This document shows, piece by piece, positions 11,221 through 23,728 of a DNA stretch of 64,000 bases (positions are counted from its first letter, which is position 1; every line of letters begins with the position of its first letter). The notes below the pieces were generated by a model that made no database searches, was not told the DNA's origin, and worked only from the letters and a program-made list of their open reading frames with translations. This stretch comes from Squalus acanthias. Lineage: Eukaryota. The DNA lies in NCBI GenBank assembly GCA_030390025.1, contig CM059432.1, forward strand, positions 96,040,001 to 96,104,000, read 5' to 3'. The position numbers and the translations under genes were made by a program.

Positions 11221-13736
11221 TCCTATTAATTTTTATGTAATAGTTACTATTTAGGAAGTGATCTAATGATAATATTTTGGCTATCACAGCACCACCATTC
11301 CAATTCACAACTTGCATTGCTATTACGACTATTCTCTATTTGCATCTCTTGTTCATTCTGCTGACGTGACCATAATTTTAATTTTAAATCACACTTATAA
11401 AAACAGCAAAATAAAATTTCTGAATATTAGCAATCTAAAGACAGACAGCTTAGGCTGTAGGGTCTTCTTCAATCTTCAAATGATCTTTATCCTCCACAAA
11501 TCAAAGCAGCAAAGCCTAGTTTGATTAGTTCTGGTGAAACCCTATGCCTAGCACGCACATATAAATGTTATCATGACAGTGCAGATAGGCAGTGCCGTAC
11601 ATGGTCTCATACATCTGCACCATATAAACCCTAAGACCTACACCAATACTGACCTAAAAACACAAGCTAAAGGAATGCTTTTCCAGGTTCCAAAAGAATA
11701 CAGTTGGGCATTGCCACCTCAGGCTTGGCCCCCTCCATGATCGGTCCTCCCCTGGACCTACCTGCCTGCTGACCAGCCCAGTATAGTTCAGAATGATACT
11801 CCTAAAAACACTAGGAGATGCATTTTCATGGGAGTTTCCCCGCTCATTCACCGTAACTTCAGTGGAAGAGCCATGGAAACTCTCCGTCTTGGTGTGAACA
11901 GTATTTACACCATTTTTCTGGGGTTTCGTGGCTCTTCCTTCGAAGTTGTGGTGGACAATTGGGAGAACACCCATGGAAATTCACACCCTTGGTTTGGTGT
12001 GGCTTGTAACTGGGGCTTCTCTGAGCTGCCTCTGATGCTCAGCTGCTCAACTCTATGGAGTATCTGCTGGACAGCTGTGCGTGCCTATTTCAGAGAAAGG
12101 GTTTATTGGCAAGCCAATTGTCGAGATACAGGTAGACATGGAGGTCCTATATCATGAAATATTCTGGAACTATGGGACAAACACTTGGTAAAAACCCTAA
12201 GCAATGAGGAAAGGCCAAAGGGCAGCATCTTGTTCTGATAGTTTTGCCTGCAGAAGTTGAATCTGAGAAACTTTCAATGACACTCCTATCTATTGATTTA
12301 GAAGTAAGCATTTTTTGGGTTTATAGCTTCTAGACAGTCCTCTGGGCACACTACCTAAACAAAGTGCTTTAGTTTCTGATTTTATTCAGACGTGTGTACA
12401 AATAGCGACAGCTCTGTTTTGTTGGCATTTATGGTGTTCACGGTTGGTCTCACACTGGGATTCCCAGGAGAAAGTGAAAAACCCCCAGACTGGATGAATG
12501 GAACTAGAAGAAACCTGTATGGCTACAAATGTCATCTGACCTAGCTTACACCCGAGGAGAAATGGGAAGCTTTTTCCAATCCTTCAATGAGAAGTCCAAA
12601 GCAAGGAGTACAGAACACAACTGTAGCTGTAGATAAATGAATAGCCATAAACCTAGGGGTTTATTACAACACGAGAACAGGAGAAAGCATGCAATACCGC
12701 CAATCTGCAACATCACAACATTTAATGTACGTGCTAAGCATGCGGTATTCCTAAGCCAATCAAGTTAGACTTCACTCCTACTGTATATGGAGGATGCTTA
12801 AAATGAAGGGGAAAAAAAGTAATGATCTCCAAGATGTTCATATATCAAGCATTTTACTATGCCATTACTTAAGTAGTAATCTTTCACTCAGATACAAACT
12901 CCTTGTATTTACAACCTAAAATTTAGACAATTAGCTCATTTAATTTTAGATTTTACAATATAAAGAATTTGAAGACCATCTCCTCGAGTATTTCCCTCTC
13001 AAATGTTTGGTGCCTTAGCATTTGAAGTCATTATTGGTCAGCTACAATGACAGAAAGAGCTGCAACTACATATGTCACATAGAATCATAGAATGATACAG
13101 CACAGAAAGAGGCCCTTTGGCCCATCGTGTCTGCGCCGGCCATCAAGCCCTGTCTATTCTAATCCCATTTTCCAGCACTTGGTCCATAGCCTTGTATGCT
13201 ATGGCGTTTCAAGTGCTCATCTAAATGCTTCTTGAAATGTTGAGAGGGTTCCTGCCTCTACCACCCTTTCAGGCAGTGAGTTCCAGATTCCAACCACCCT
13301 CTGGGTGAAAAAGTTTTTCCTCAAATCTCCTCTAAACCTCCTGCCCCTTACCTTGAAACTATGCCCCCTGGTTATTGACCCCTCTACTAAGGGGAAAAGT
13401 TCCTTTCTATCTACCCTATCTATGCCCCTCATAATTTTGTACACCTCAATCAGGTCCCCCCTCAGCCTTCTCTGCTCTAAGGAAAACAACCTCAGCCTGT
13501 CCAGTATCTCTTCATAGCTGAAGCGCTCCAGCCCAGGTAACATCCTGGTGAATCTCCTCTGCACCCTCTCCAATGCAATCACATCCCTCCTATAGTTTGG
13601 CGACCAGAACTGCACACAGTATTCCAGCTGTGGCCTAACTAGCATTTTGTACAGCTCCATCATAACCTCCCTGCTCTTATATTCTATGCCTTGGCTAATG
13701 AAGGCAAGTATCCCATATGTCGTTTTAACCACCTTA

Positions 13737-14091
13737 CAGGAAACTCGCTTTTAACCGGCACCTAAATATCCGGAAATCTCTCTTAACCGGCAAAATTCAG
13801 GAGTAGGTTCAGGTAAGTTTTACTATATATTAGTGGTCGTGTAACCGGGGTTCCTGGATCTGTGGCCGTGTAACCGGGGTTCCTGCACCTGTGGCCGTGC
13901 AACAGGGACTCCTGGATCTGTGGCCGTGTAACCGGGACTCCTGCACAAGTGCCGTGTAACCGGGGCTCCTGCACCTGTGGCCGTGTACGGGGCTCTCGTA
14001 CCTTGGTAAGTATACCTCTCTGTAATCCGGACTTTTTGATCAACCGGCACCACGTCGGTCCCGTCGGTGCCGGATAAAAAAGAGTTTCCTG
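13737..14091. mobile_element. Tc1/mariner (pogo/Tigger-like) MITE, 355 bp
   Basis: TIRs CAGGAAACTC..TTTAACCGGCACC / GGTGCCGGATAAA..GAGTTTCCTG, with TA duplicated at 13735-36 and 14092-93. The CR1 sequence resumes on both sides. Confidence 0.9.
13835..13998. repeat. 29-bp tandem repeat inside the MITE (~5.5 copies)
   Basis: Unit gtaaccggggttcctggatctgtggccgt starting at 13841, 13870, 13899, 13928, 13956 and 13985. Confidence 0.9.
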
Positions 14092-16172
14092 TATCTACCT
14101 GTCCTGCTGCCTTCAGGTACATGCACGCCAAGGTCCCTCTGATCCTCTGTCCTTCCTAGGGTCCTACAATTCATTGTGTATTCCCTTGCCTTGTTAGTCC
14201 TCCCAAAATGCATCACCTCACACTTTTCAGGGTTAAATTCCATTTGCCACTGTTCTGCCCATCTAATCATCCCGTCTATATCGTCCTGTAGCCTGAGGCT
14301 TTCCTCCTCACTATTTACCACTCCACCAATTTTTGTGTCATCTGCGAACTTACTGATCATACCTCCTACATTCATATCTAAATCATTAATGTACACTACA
14401 AACAGCAAAGGACCCAGCACCGATCCCTGCGGTACACCACTGGACACAGGCTTCCACTCACAAAAACAACCTTCGACCATCACCCTCTGCCTCCTGCCAC
14501 TAAGCCAATTTTGGATCCAATGTGCCAAATTGCCCTGGATTCCATGGGCTCTTACCTTCTTGACCAGTCTCCCTTGTGGGACTTTGTCAAAAGCCTTACT
14601 GAAGTCCATGTAGACTACATCAACTGTACTACCCTCATCCACACACCTAGTCACCCCCTCGAAAAATTCAATCAAATTGGTCAGACATGATCTCCCCCTG
14701 ACAAAGCCATGCTGACTATCCCTGATTAATCCCTGCCTCTCCAAGTGGAGACTAATTCTGTCCCTCAGAATTTTTTCCAATAATTTCCCTACCACTGATG
14801 TTAGGCTCACTGGCCTGTAATTCCCTGGTTTATCCCTACTACCCTTCTTGAACAATGGTACTACGTTAGCTGTTCTCCAGTCCTCTGGCACCTCCCCTGT
14901 GGCCAGAGAGGTTCTGAAAATGTGTGTCAGAGCCCCTGCAATCTCCTCCCTTGCCTCACACAGCAGCCTAGGATACATCCCGTCAGGGCCTGGGGATTTA
15001 TCCACTTTTAAGCCCGCTAAAACCGCTAGTACCTCCTCCCTCTCAATACTAATTTGTTCAAGTATATCACAATCCCCCTGCCTGATTTCTATGCCTACAT
15101 CATCCTTCTCCACAGTGAACACAGATGCAAAATATTCATTTAAAACCTCACCTACATCTTCCGGCTCTACACACAGATTGCCACTTTGGTCCCTAATGGG
15201 CCCTACTCTATCCCTGGTTATCCTCTTGCCCTTAATATACTTATAAAACACCTTGGGATTTTCCTTTATTTTGCCTGCCAGTGTTTTTTCATGCCCCCTC
15301 TTCGCTCTCCTAATTTCTTTTTTAAGTACCACCCTGCACTTTCTATACTCCTCTAGGGCTTCCACTGTTTTTAGTCCCTTGTATCTGCCAAAAGCCTCCC
15401 TTTTTTTCCTAATCCATTCTTGTATATCCCTTGACATCCAGGGTTCCCTGGGTTTGTTGGTTCCACCCTTGACCTTTACGGGAATATGTTGGCGTTGTAC
15501 TCTCTCTATTTCCTTTCTGAAAGACTCCCACTGCTCTTATGTGGATTTTCCTACAAGTAGCTGATCCCAGTCCACTTTGGCCAGATCCTGCCTTATCATA
15601 TTAAAATCGGCCTTCCCCCAATTTAGAACCTTTATTTCCAGGTCCATCTTTGTCCTTTTCCATGACTACCTTAAATCTCACCGAATTATGGTCACGGTCA
15701 CCAAAATGCTCTCCTACTGACACTTCTACCACTTGCCCGGCTACATTCTCTAGAATTAGGTCCAGTACTGCCACCTCTCTTGTAGGACTTTCTACATGCT
15801 GGCTCAAAAAGCTCTCCTGGATGCACTTTAAGAATTCCGCACCCTCTAAGCCTTTCACACTCTGACTATCCCAGTTAATATTGGGGAAGTTGAAATCCCC
15901 TACTATTATTACCCTATTATTTCTACACTTCTCTGAGATTTGCCTACATATCTGTTGCTCTATCTCCCCCTGACTGTTTGGGGGCCTATAGTACACTCCC
16001 AGCAAAGTGCTTGCCCCCTTTTCATTTTTAAGTTCTACCCATATGGCCTCATTAGAGGAACCTGCTAAGATACCATCCCTCCTTAAAGCAGTAATTGACT
16101 CCTTGATTAATATTGCGACACCCCCTCCTCTTTTACTCCCCCCTCTGTTTCGCCTGAAGATTCTATACCCCG

Positions 16173-16768
16173 GTGCAGGCTTCCCAACCTTGGAGAACCC
16201 CGCTGGGGTGGAGGAGTCGAGTAGGAGGTCTGCGGGGGTCGGAGGGGTCTGAAAGTGCAATGTAGAGGTGAGTGATGGGTGCAAGTGTGAAGTGGTAAGT
16301 ATGTGAGGTGAATGTTAAGTGTTATAAAATGTTCACTTACCTTTGTTTCTGCCTACAGCCTTCAGCCACGGTGGTTCCGGAGTCCCGACATCTTCATTGT
16401 AGATTTCACAGACTGGCTGTTGGATCCTCCGAACCAACAGTCATCAAACATTTCAACTTTGTAGAAATCAGATGAGTCCTGAACACAAGGACTCATCAAA
16501 TTACACAGAATGTCAGTGTTTGACAGCTTCACAGAGCTGTCAAACGCTGACATTTCTTCTTTCAAGAAGTCTTGACAGATGGCATGTCAGACGTTGACGT
16601 GCTCTGTCAGTGACTTCCCCCTAATTGGCCTGCTGAGCCCGCAGGGCGGGCTTAACAAGGTCAATCAGGGGAAAATCCCACTGGTGGCCAGAGGCTGATG
16701 GAGGCGGGACTGAGAGTTGGCAAGTAGCAGTCCGCCTCCAGCACGTCTCCATTCACAAAATCCAGCCC
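16173..16768. mobile_element. Harbinger-type MITE with left end deleted; same family as 49983-50799
   Basis: Collinear similarity to 50202-50799. Right terminus caaaatccagccc. Confidence 0.8.
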
Positions 16769-17056
16769 ATTGCCTCTGTTTATAAAGTCAAGGATCCTGT
16801 ATGCTTTTTTACCACCCTTTTCAACTTGCCCTGCCACCTTCAGTGATTTGCGTACATACACCTCCAGGTCTCTCTGTTCCTTAACCCCATTTAAAATGGT
16901 ACTATTTAGTTTATATTTCCTCTCCTCATTCTTCCTATCAAAATGTATCACTTCACACTTCTCTGCATTGAATTGTATCTGCCATGTGTCTGCCGATTTC
17001 ACTAGTCTGTCTATGTCCTCCTAAAGTCTGTTACTATCCTCCTCACTGTTTACAAT

Positions 17057-17814
17057 GGGGGAAAAATTTGGTATCGACCATTTTGGGGCGCTAACATTGC
17101 TTGGGCGCTAACTTTAGCGCCTGGCACTAATTAGCGCTGGCGACCACGAAATTGACTTTTAGCGCCCCAAGATAAAGTGGAGTGTTAAACCAAGCGCTCC
17201 ACTTCCTTCTTGGGGCGCGAATATCGGAGGGCAGGGGGGAGACTTCAGCAGCGCTGCACACTGGGCTGTGCAGTGCTGCCGCATTCAAAGGCTCCTTCCC
17301 TCCCTTAAAGGGAAGGGCCATCGCTGCAGGATTTGCAATTTAAAAAGTACCTACCTGGACCACCAAGGCAGCCGCGATCCCGCGATCCCGGCACTCAAGC
17401 ACAGTGTCAGGCTGATTGATTGCGGGCTGGAACCCACGAAAAAAACTAGAACAGGAAAGGTAAGTTTTTTTTCCCCACTTACCTCGGCCACCTCGCCTTT
17501 AATCATCACCCCTGAAGCGGCCGGCTGCCCGATGCATGCCTCCTGCAGCTGTCGGTGTTTTTGACCGACGCTGCTGGAGGGGGCGGAAGTAAATTTTGGG
17601 TCCGGGGCGCTACTGGGGCGATGCACACGGCGATGATGTCACGATCTCCGGGCAAAGGAGATCGAGGCGCAACGCCGTAGCGCCACCGCAAAACACCCAC
17701 CGAATATGGCAGTAGTCGATACCAGCGCCGCACCTGGTCGCAAAGCCATTTGCACCCTTTTAGCGCCCCCAGGGGGCGCTAACAGCAGGCGCAAAGGCAC
17801 CCAATTTCACCCGC
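17057..17814. mobile_element. Harbinger-type MITE, CpG/GGCGC-rich
   Basis: Imperfect TIRs gggggaaaaatttggtatc / ggcacccaatttcacccgc with flanks aat/cat. The CR1 host is continuous across it. Palindrome ttagcgccccc-a-gggggcgctaa at 17760-17782. Confidence 0.8.
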
Positions 17815-18654
17815 CATATTTCTGAGTTTCATGTCATCTGCAAACTTTGAACTTATGCCATGTCTAGCCAAGTCCAGGCCATTAACATATGAAAAAAAGC
17901 AGTGGTCCTAATACTGACCCCTGGGGGACACCACTGTATACTTCCCTCTAGTCTGAAAAACAACCGTTCACCACCACTCTCTGTTTGCTGTCTCTTAGTC
18001 AATTTCATATCCATGCTGCTACTGCCCTTTTAATCTCTAGGGCTTCAATTTTGATAACAATTATATTATGTAGTACTTTATCAAACCCCTTCTGAAAGTC
18101 CATATTCTTAACAACAACCTGCACTACCTTCATCAACTTTCTTCGTTACTTCATCAAGTTACTCAAACATGATTTGCCTTTAACAAATCAGTTTATTAAC
18201 TCATACTTTTCGAAGTAACAATTAATTTTGTCTCGGATTATTATCTCTAAGGTTTTCCCACCAGCGACATTAGGCTGATTGGCCTGTAGTTGCCAGGTTT
18301 ATCCCTCTCCCCTTTTTTGAACAGTGCTGTATCATTTGCAATCCTCCAGCCCTGTGGAATCGCTCCCATATCTAAGGAGGAGTGAAAGAGTGTGGCCAGA
18401 GCCTCCGCTATCTCCACCCTTACTTCCATCAGCAACTTAGGATGCATCCCTTTTCTACTTCGAGTACTGCCAACCTTTTAAGTACCTCCTCGTTATCTAT
18501 TTTTATCCTATCCAGTTTCTCTACTACCTCCTCCTTTACTGTGACATTGGCAACATCCTCTTCTTTAGTGAAGACAGATGCATTTGTGAAGACTCATTTA
18601 GTACCTCAGCCGTGCACTCTGCATCTACAAGAAGACCTCCTTTTTGTCCCTAAT

Positions 18655-19900
18655 CATAGAAACATAGAAGATAGGAGCAGGAGTAGGCCATTCGGCCCCT
18701 TGAGCCTGCTCCGCCATTCAATGAGATCATGGCTGATCATCCAAATTCAGTACCCTGTCCCTGCTTTCTCCCCATATCCCTTGATCCCTTTAGCCTTAAG
18801 AAATATATCGAACTCCTTCTTGAATATATTTAATGAATTGGCCTCAACTGCCTTCTGTGGTAGAGAATTCCACAGGTTCACCACTCTCTGGATGAAGAAA
18901 TTCCTCCTCATCTCAGTCCTAAATGGCTTACCCCTTATCCTTAGACTGTGACACCTGGTCCTGGACTCCCCCACCATCGGGAACATCCTTCCTGCATCTT
19001 GACTGTCTAGTCCTGTTAGAATTTTATAAGTTTTAATGAGATCCCCTCTCATTCTTCTGAACTCTAGCGAATACAAGCCCAATCGACCCAATCTCTCTTC
19101 ATATGTCATTCCTGCCATCCCAGGTATCAGTCTGGTGAATCTTCGCTGCACTCCCTCCATGGCAAGAACATCCTTCCTCAGATAAGGCGACCAAAACTGC
19201 ACACAATACTCAAGGTGTGGTCTCACCAAGGCCCTGTACAACTGCAGCAAGACATCCTTGCTCCTGTACTCGAATCCTCTCGCTATGAAGGCCAACATAC
19301 CATTTGCCTACTTAACCGCCTGCTGCATCTGCATGCTTACCTTCAGCGACTGGTGCACAAGGACACCCAGATCTCGTTGCACTTCCCCTTTTCCCAATCT
19401 ATTGCCGTTCAGATAATAATCTGCCTTCCTGTTTTTGCCATCAAAGTGGATAACCTCGCATTTATCCACATTATACTGCATCTGCCATGCATCTGCCCAA
19501 TCACCCAACCTGTCCAAATCATACTGGAGTTTCTCTGCATCCTCCTCACAGCACACACGCCCACCCAGCTTTGTGTCGTCTGCAAACTTGGAGATATTAC
19601 ATCTAGTTCCCTCGTCTAGATCATTAATATATATTGTGAATAACTGGGGTCCTAGCACCGATCCCTGCGGTATCCCACTAGTCAGCTGCCTGCCACTCGG
19701 AAAAAGACCTGTTTATTTCAACTCTTTGCTTCCTGTCTGCCAACCAGTTCTCTATCCAAGTCAGTACCCCCAATCCCATGTGCTTTAACTTTGCACGCTA
19801 ATCTCTTATGCGGGACCTTATCGAAAGCCTTCTGAAAGTCCAAATACACCACATCCACTGGTTCTCCCTTATCTATTCTACCAGTTACACCCTCAAAAAA
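18655..19900 (-). mobile_element. CR1 LINE 3' portion (second subfamily), nested in the older CR1
   Basis: ORFs 19308-19658 (KFADD) and 18747-19298 (LVRPHLEYCVQFWSP). Tail catagaaacatagaa. Confidence 0.93.
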
Positions 19901-20840
19901 TCGACCCCACCCTTCCTTTGACTACCCTTTTGCTATTTATATGTTTCTAAAAGACTTTTGGCTTCCCCTTTATGTTACCTGCTAATCTATTCTCATACAC
20001 TCTCTTATTCCCTCTTACTTCCTTTTTCAGTTATCCTCTGTACTTTCTGTATTCAGCTTGGTTCTCCACGTATTATGAGCCTGACATTTATCATAAGCCT
20101 CCTTTTTCTGTTTCATTTTAATCTCTATATTAGTCATCCAGGAAGCTTTAGCTTTGAATGTCCTTCCTTTCCCCCTCGTCTGAATGTGTCTAGTCTGTAC
20201 TTAAACTATCTCCTCTTTGAAGGCCTCCCTTCATTGCTCATTTATTGTTTTAAATGCCAATCTTTGATTCCACATCACCTGGGCCAGATCCCCTTTCACC
20301 TCACTGAAATTAACCCTCCTTCAGTTGAGTATTTTCACATTTGATTGTTCCTTGTCCTTTTCTATAACTACTCTAAACCTAATGATTCCCAAATGCTCCC
20401 CCACTGAAACATGATCCACTCGTCCCACTTCATTCCCCATAACCAGATCCAGCACTGCTTCCTTCCTCGTTGGGCTGGAAACTTACTAATCAATAAATCT
20501 CTTGTACACATTTCAGGAATTCCTCCACCTCTTTGCCCTTAACACTGTTATTTTCCCAGTCTACGTTAAGATAATTGAAGTCCCCCATTATCACTGCATT
20601 TTTCTGTAATTTGTCTGAAAATTTGCTCCTCCATCCCCTTCCCATTATTTGGTGGCCTATAGTATACACCCAACAGTATAATAGCTTCTCTATTGTTCCT
20701 TATTTCTAACCAAATAGATTCTGTCTTTGAAACCTCAAGTACATCATCCCTATCCAGTGCTGTAACAGTATCTTTGACCAATACTGCCATCCTTTTTTTC
20801 CTTCCATATCTTTCCTGAATACCTGGTAGCCAGGAATGAT

Positions 20841-21810
20841 GGGCTGGATTTTGCAGTAGAAATAACAGTGAGGCTAACAGTGCTCACCGTTACTTACATG
20901 GAAATCGGACAGCAACTTCCGGCGACCGCACATGCACAGTTAAACGCAGAGATTGGGAAGCTGCTGTCCGAGATGCCCTGCTTATCCAAAAGCTGCGCTA
21001 TAATAGTATCTCACCGTCTGACTCACCATTCAAATACATGGAACAGCTGTACTTACCTGATATCTACGAACTAAACATGTCAGAAAAAGTTAGGGCTTGT
21101 CCATTCCAGTATAAGTACCCTTTTAACAGCGTGGTAAGTCTTAATTACTCCCAAACAACCTCTCTGGCACTGAAAATTAATGTTACGAAGTATGGAATCT
21201 CATTCCATCAGATTTTAATTATTGTTGGAGATCTTAAAGAAGAAAAAATTGTAACTAAAGCATTTTTAAAAAAAAATTCTTTTTGTCTCTTTTCCTTCTC
21301 TCTTTAATCCAATCTTTCTTTCCCTTTCTTTATTTTGCTTTTGTACCTGATTGTGTGGTGGAGGCAGATTCAATTGTGGCTTTCAAAAGGAAGTTGGATA
21401 AGTACCTGAAAGAATAAAATTTGCAGGGCTATGGGGAAAGGACGGGGGAGTAGGACTAGCTGAAGTGCTCTGGCAGAGAGCCGGCACGGGCTCAACGGGT
21501 CGAATGGCCTCCTTCTGTGCTGTAACCATTCTATGATTCTATGATTTGACATTGAATTCAATATTCTAACTGACACCTCCTGGTTCAGACTCTGCATTGC
21601 TCATTAACGATTCTTCAACCTGATTGGTTAAGGAGACAGTTGTTTGCCCTGTTTACACAGGTCCCAGATGCTCTGCAGAGGGCGCTGCACTTTTTGGCTC
21701 TCTAATTTACAGTAAGTTGCAGTGCAAAACCCTGTAGAAAGTCTATGGGCAAGTGCAAGTGTAATGAACGGTTGGCAACGGTTGTGCCCCGCTGAGAGCA
21801 AAGTTCCCAT
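20841..21810. mobile_element. Harbinger-type MITE containing a CR1 3' fragment (21351-21544, +)
   Basis: Starts gggctggattttgc, the reverse complement of the 16768 terminus. Right end degraded. Confidence 0.65.
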
Positions 21811-21821
21811 TAAGTTCCCAT

Positions 21822-21958
21822 AGACAAAAGCAAAATACTATGGATGCTGGAAATCTGAAATAAAAACAGAAAATGCTGGAAATACTCAGCAGGTCAGGCA
21901 GCATCTGTGGAGAGAGAAACAGAGTTAACGTTTCAGGTCGATGACCTTTCATGAGAAC
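21822..21958 (-). mobile_element. Penelope-type terminal repeat with a mutated minimal hammerhead motif (21923-21958)
   Basis: Minus strand GTT-CTCATGA-A-AGGTC-ATC-GACCT-GAAA-CGTT-AAC. The core reads CUCAUGA instead of CUGAUGA. Confidence 0.75.
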
Positions 21959-22003
21959 GTCATCAAAAGGCAAGTCAATTCCTACCAGCTTTCTTTGCTA
22001 TAC

Positions 22004-22201
22004 CTGATAGTCGGACTGCTGTCACTGCCTTTGTACGAACCAGAGTTACTGCTGCTGCTGCGAGATGAAGCTCCATAGATATCACGAATGTTGGCTGTAT
22101 TTCTATACACTGCTGACACTGGATCTTTCTCCCGAGTAATAGTTGGGCTCACCGACTGCTTGTGGCCACTAGAAGTACTACTTCTTCCATGAATACCGCG
22201 G
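22004..22201 (-). CDS. SYBU: Syntabulin internal coding exon (198 nt, phase 2-2)
   Basis: tttcttctcaaattgtcag|C CGC GGT...ACT ATC AG|gtatag. Translation RGIHGRSSTSSGHK...REKD...SSSNSGSYKGSDSSPTIR matches recalled SYBU RGPHGRS...SSSNSGSYKGSDCSPIMR. Confidence 0.94.
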
Positions 22202-22462
22202 CTGACAATTTGAGAAGAAACATTTTTTAAAGAACTTATTATAGCGTAGATCAAATGCAAGCCACGTAGCCACAAAATATACACTCTCAATCAGTAATCT
22301 TTCCAATGCTGGAAATATCTACAATACTCTAAGAGAAAATTTATATTGCTTTACTGAACAAGAACACACATGAATACATGTATATTTATTAAAAGACAAT
22401 CTGCGAGAGCTACTGAGGGCAGATTTTACAACAAAACAAAACAAAAAGCACAACACAATACA

Positions 22463-23728
22463 GAACGTAAGGATTAGGAGCAGGAATAGGCCATACGCCC
22501 CCTCGAGCCTGCTCTGTCATTCAATAAGATCATGGTTGATCTTCAACCTGAACTCCACATTCCTGCCCGATCCCCATATCCCTTGATTCACCTAGAGTTC
22601 AAAAATCTATCAATCTCAGCCTTGAACATACTCAATGACTGAGCATCCACAGCACTTTGGGGTAGAGAATTCCAAAGATTCACAACTCTTTGAATGAATA
22701 AATTCCTCCTCATCTCAGTCTTAAAAGGCCAACCCCTTATACTGAGACTATGCCCCCTAGTTCTAGACTCTATAGCCAGGGGAAATAATCTCTCAGCATC
22801 TATACTGTCAACCCCCCTCAGAATATAATGGCCCATATTTTCCGATCGGAGGCTTCCTGCGTGCGGAGACCTCTGATCTGGAAAAAATCTGCGCCCTTAC
22901 CCAAGGGCTCCGGAGGTCCGGACATTTCCACTCCTGGGCCTCTGCTCTATGAAATGTGCAGGGCCCAGGTATCTCGCATGCGTCCCTGGGATCATGTGGG
23001 CCATAGGGAACCAATGAAAGAAGGGAATCTCCCTTCATACTTTTGACAGGTCTCTCAGCTTAGACCCATCAAAAGTATGAATGGAGATCACTCAAAACAT
23101 TAAATAATTTTTTTAAATCACGTTTTTAAAATTAGTTAAAATTATATTAAATTAAATATTTTAAACAAAAATTAATTTTTTGAAAAAAAAATTAAAGTTT
23201 TTTATGGGGCTAAAAATAAACTTACCTTTTTTAAAGTATTTTTAAATTATAAATGAGTGAAAAAAAAATATTTTTTTACTTTTTTAAACTTATGCTGGTA
23301 AAAGCAGGCCTTACGCGGGCAGAGGTTCTGCAGAAAGCGGAACTCTCCACCCGCAGAGGCCCTTCTCCGCGATCTGTCAAGAGGATTCTGAAACCGGCAC
23401 TTGCGATGTCCCTACGGGTGTGTACACACCTCGTACACACCAGTAGGGATTGTAAATACGGGCCTATATGTTTCAATGAGATCACCTCTCATTCTTCTAA
23501 ACTCCAGGGAGTATAGGCCCAATCTACTCAATCTCTCCTCAGGGGACAACTCTCTCATCCCAGGAATCAATCTAGTGAACCTTTGTTGCACCGCCTCTAA
23601 GGCAAGTATATCCTTCCTTTGCTAAGGAGACCATAACTGTGCACAGTACTCCAGGTGTCGTCTCACCGAAGCCCTGCACAACTGTAATAAGACTTCCTTA
23701 CTCTTGTACCCCAACCCCCTTGCAATAC
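22463..23728 (-). mobile_element. CR1 3' fragment split by a MITE
   Basis: ORF 22588-22836 (QRVVNLWNSLP). Sequence continues at 23465. Confidence 0.88.
22830..23464. mobile_element. Harbinger-type MITE with AT-rich core
   Basis: TIRs ggcccatattt / aaatacgggcc. Internal inverted repeat tcatacttttga...tcaaaagtatga at 23035-23080. Confidence 0.85.

Larger units (their letters stand above)
13078..16172 (-). mobile_element. CR1 LINE, 5'-truncated (endonuclease C-term, RT, 3' tail), frameshifted and split by a MITE
   Basis: ORFs 15601-16284 (GVYYRPP, GDFNFP), 14040-15437 (YRPVSLTS, DFSKAFD, GVPQGSVLGP, KFADD) and 13217-13732. 3' tail of attctatg repeats at about 13078-13092. Confidence 0.95.
16770..20838 (-). 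mobile_element. Older CR1 LINE, fragmented, hosting nested insertions at 17057-17814 and 18655-19900
   Basis: ORF pieces 16661-17002 (WQIQFNAEKCEV), 18247-18447 (PGNYRPISL) and 20566-20790 (LGVYYRPP) lie in collinear order. Confidence 0.85.

Noticed and set aside
14176..15564. Long + strand ORFs antisense to the CR1 RT (and similar ones at other CR1 copies)
   Set aside because: Shadow frames of LINE ORF2 with no independent evidence.
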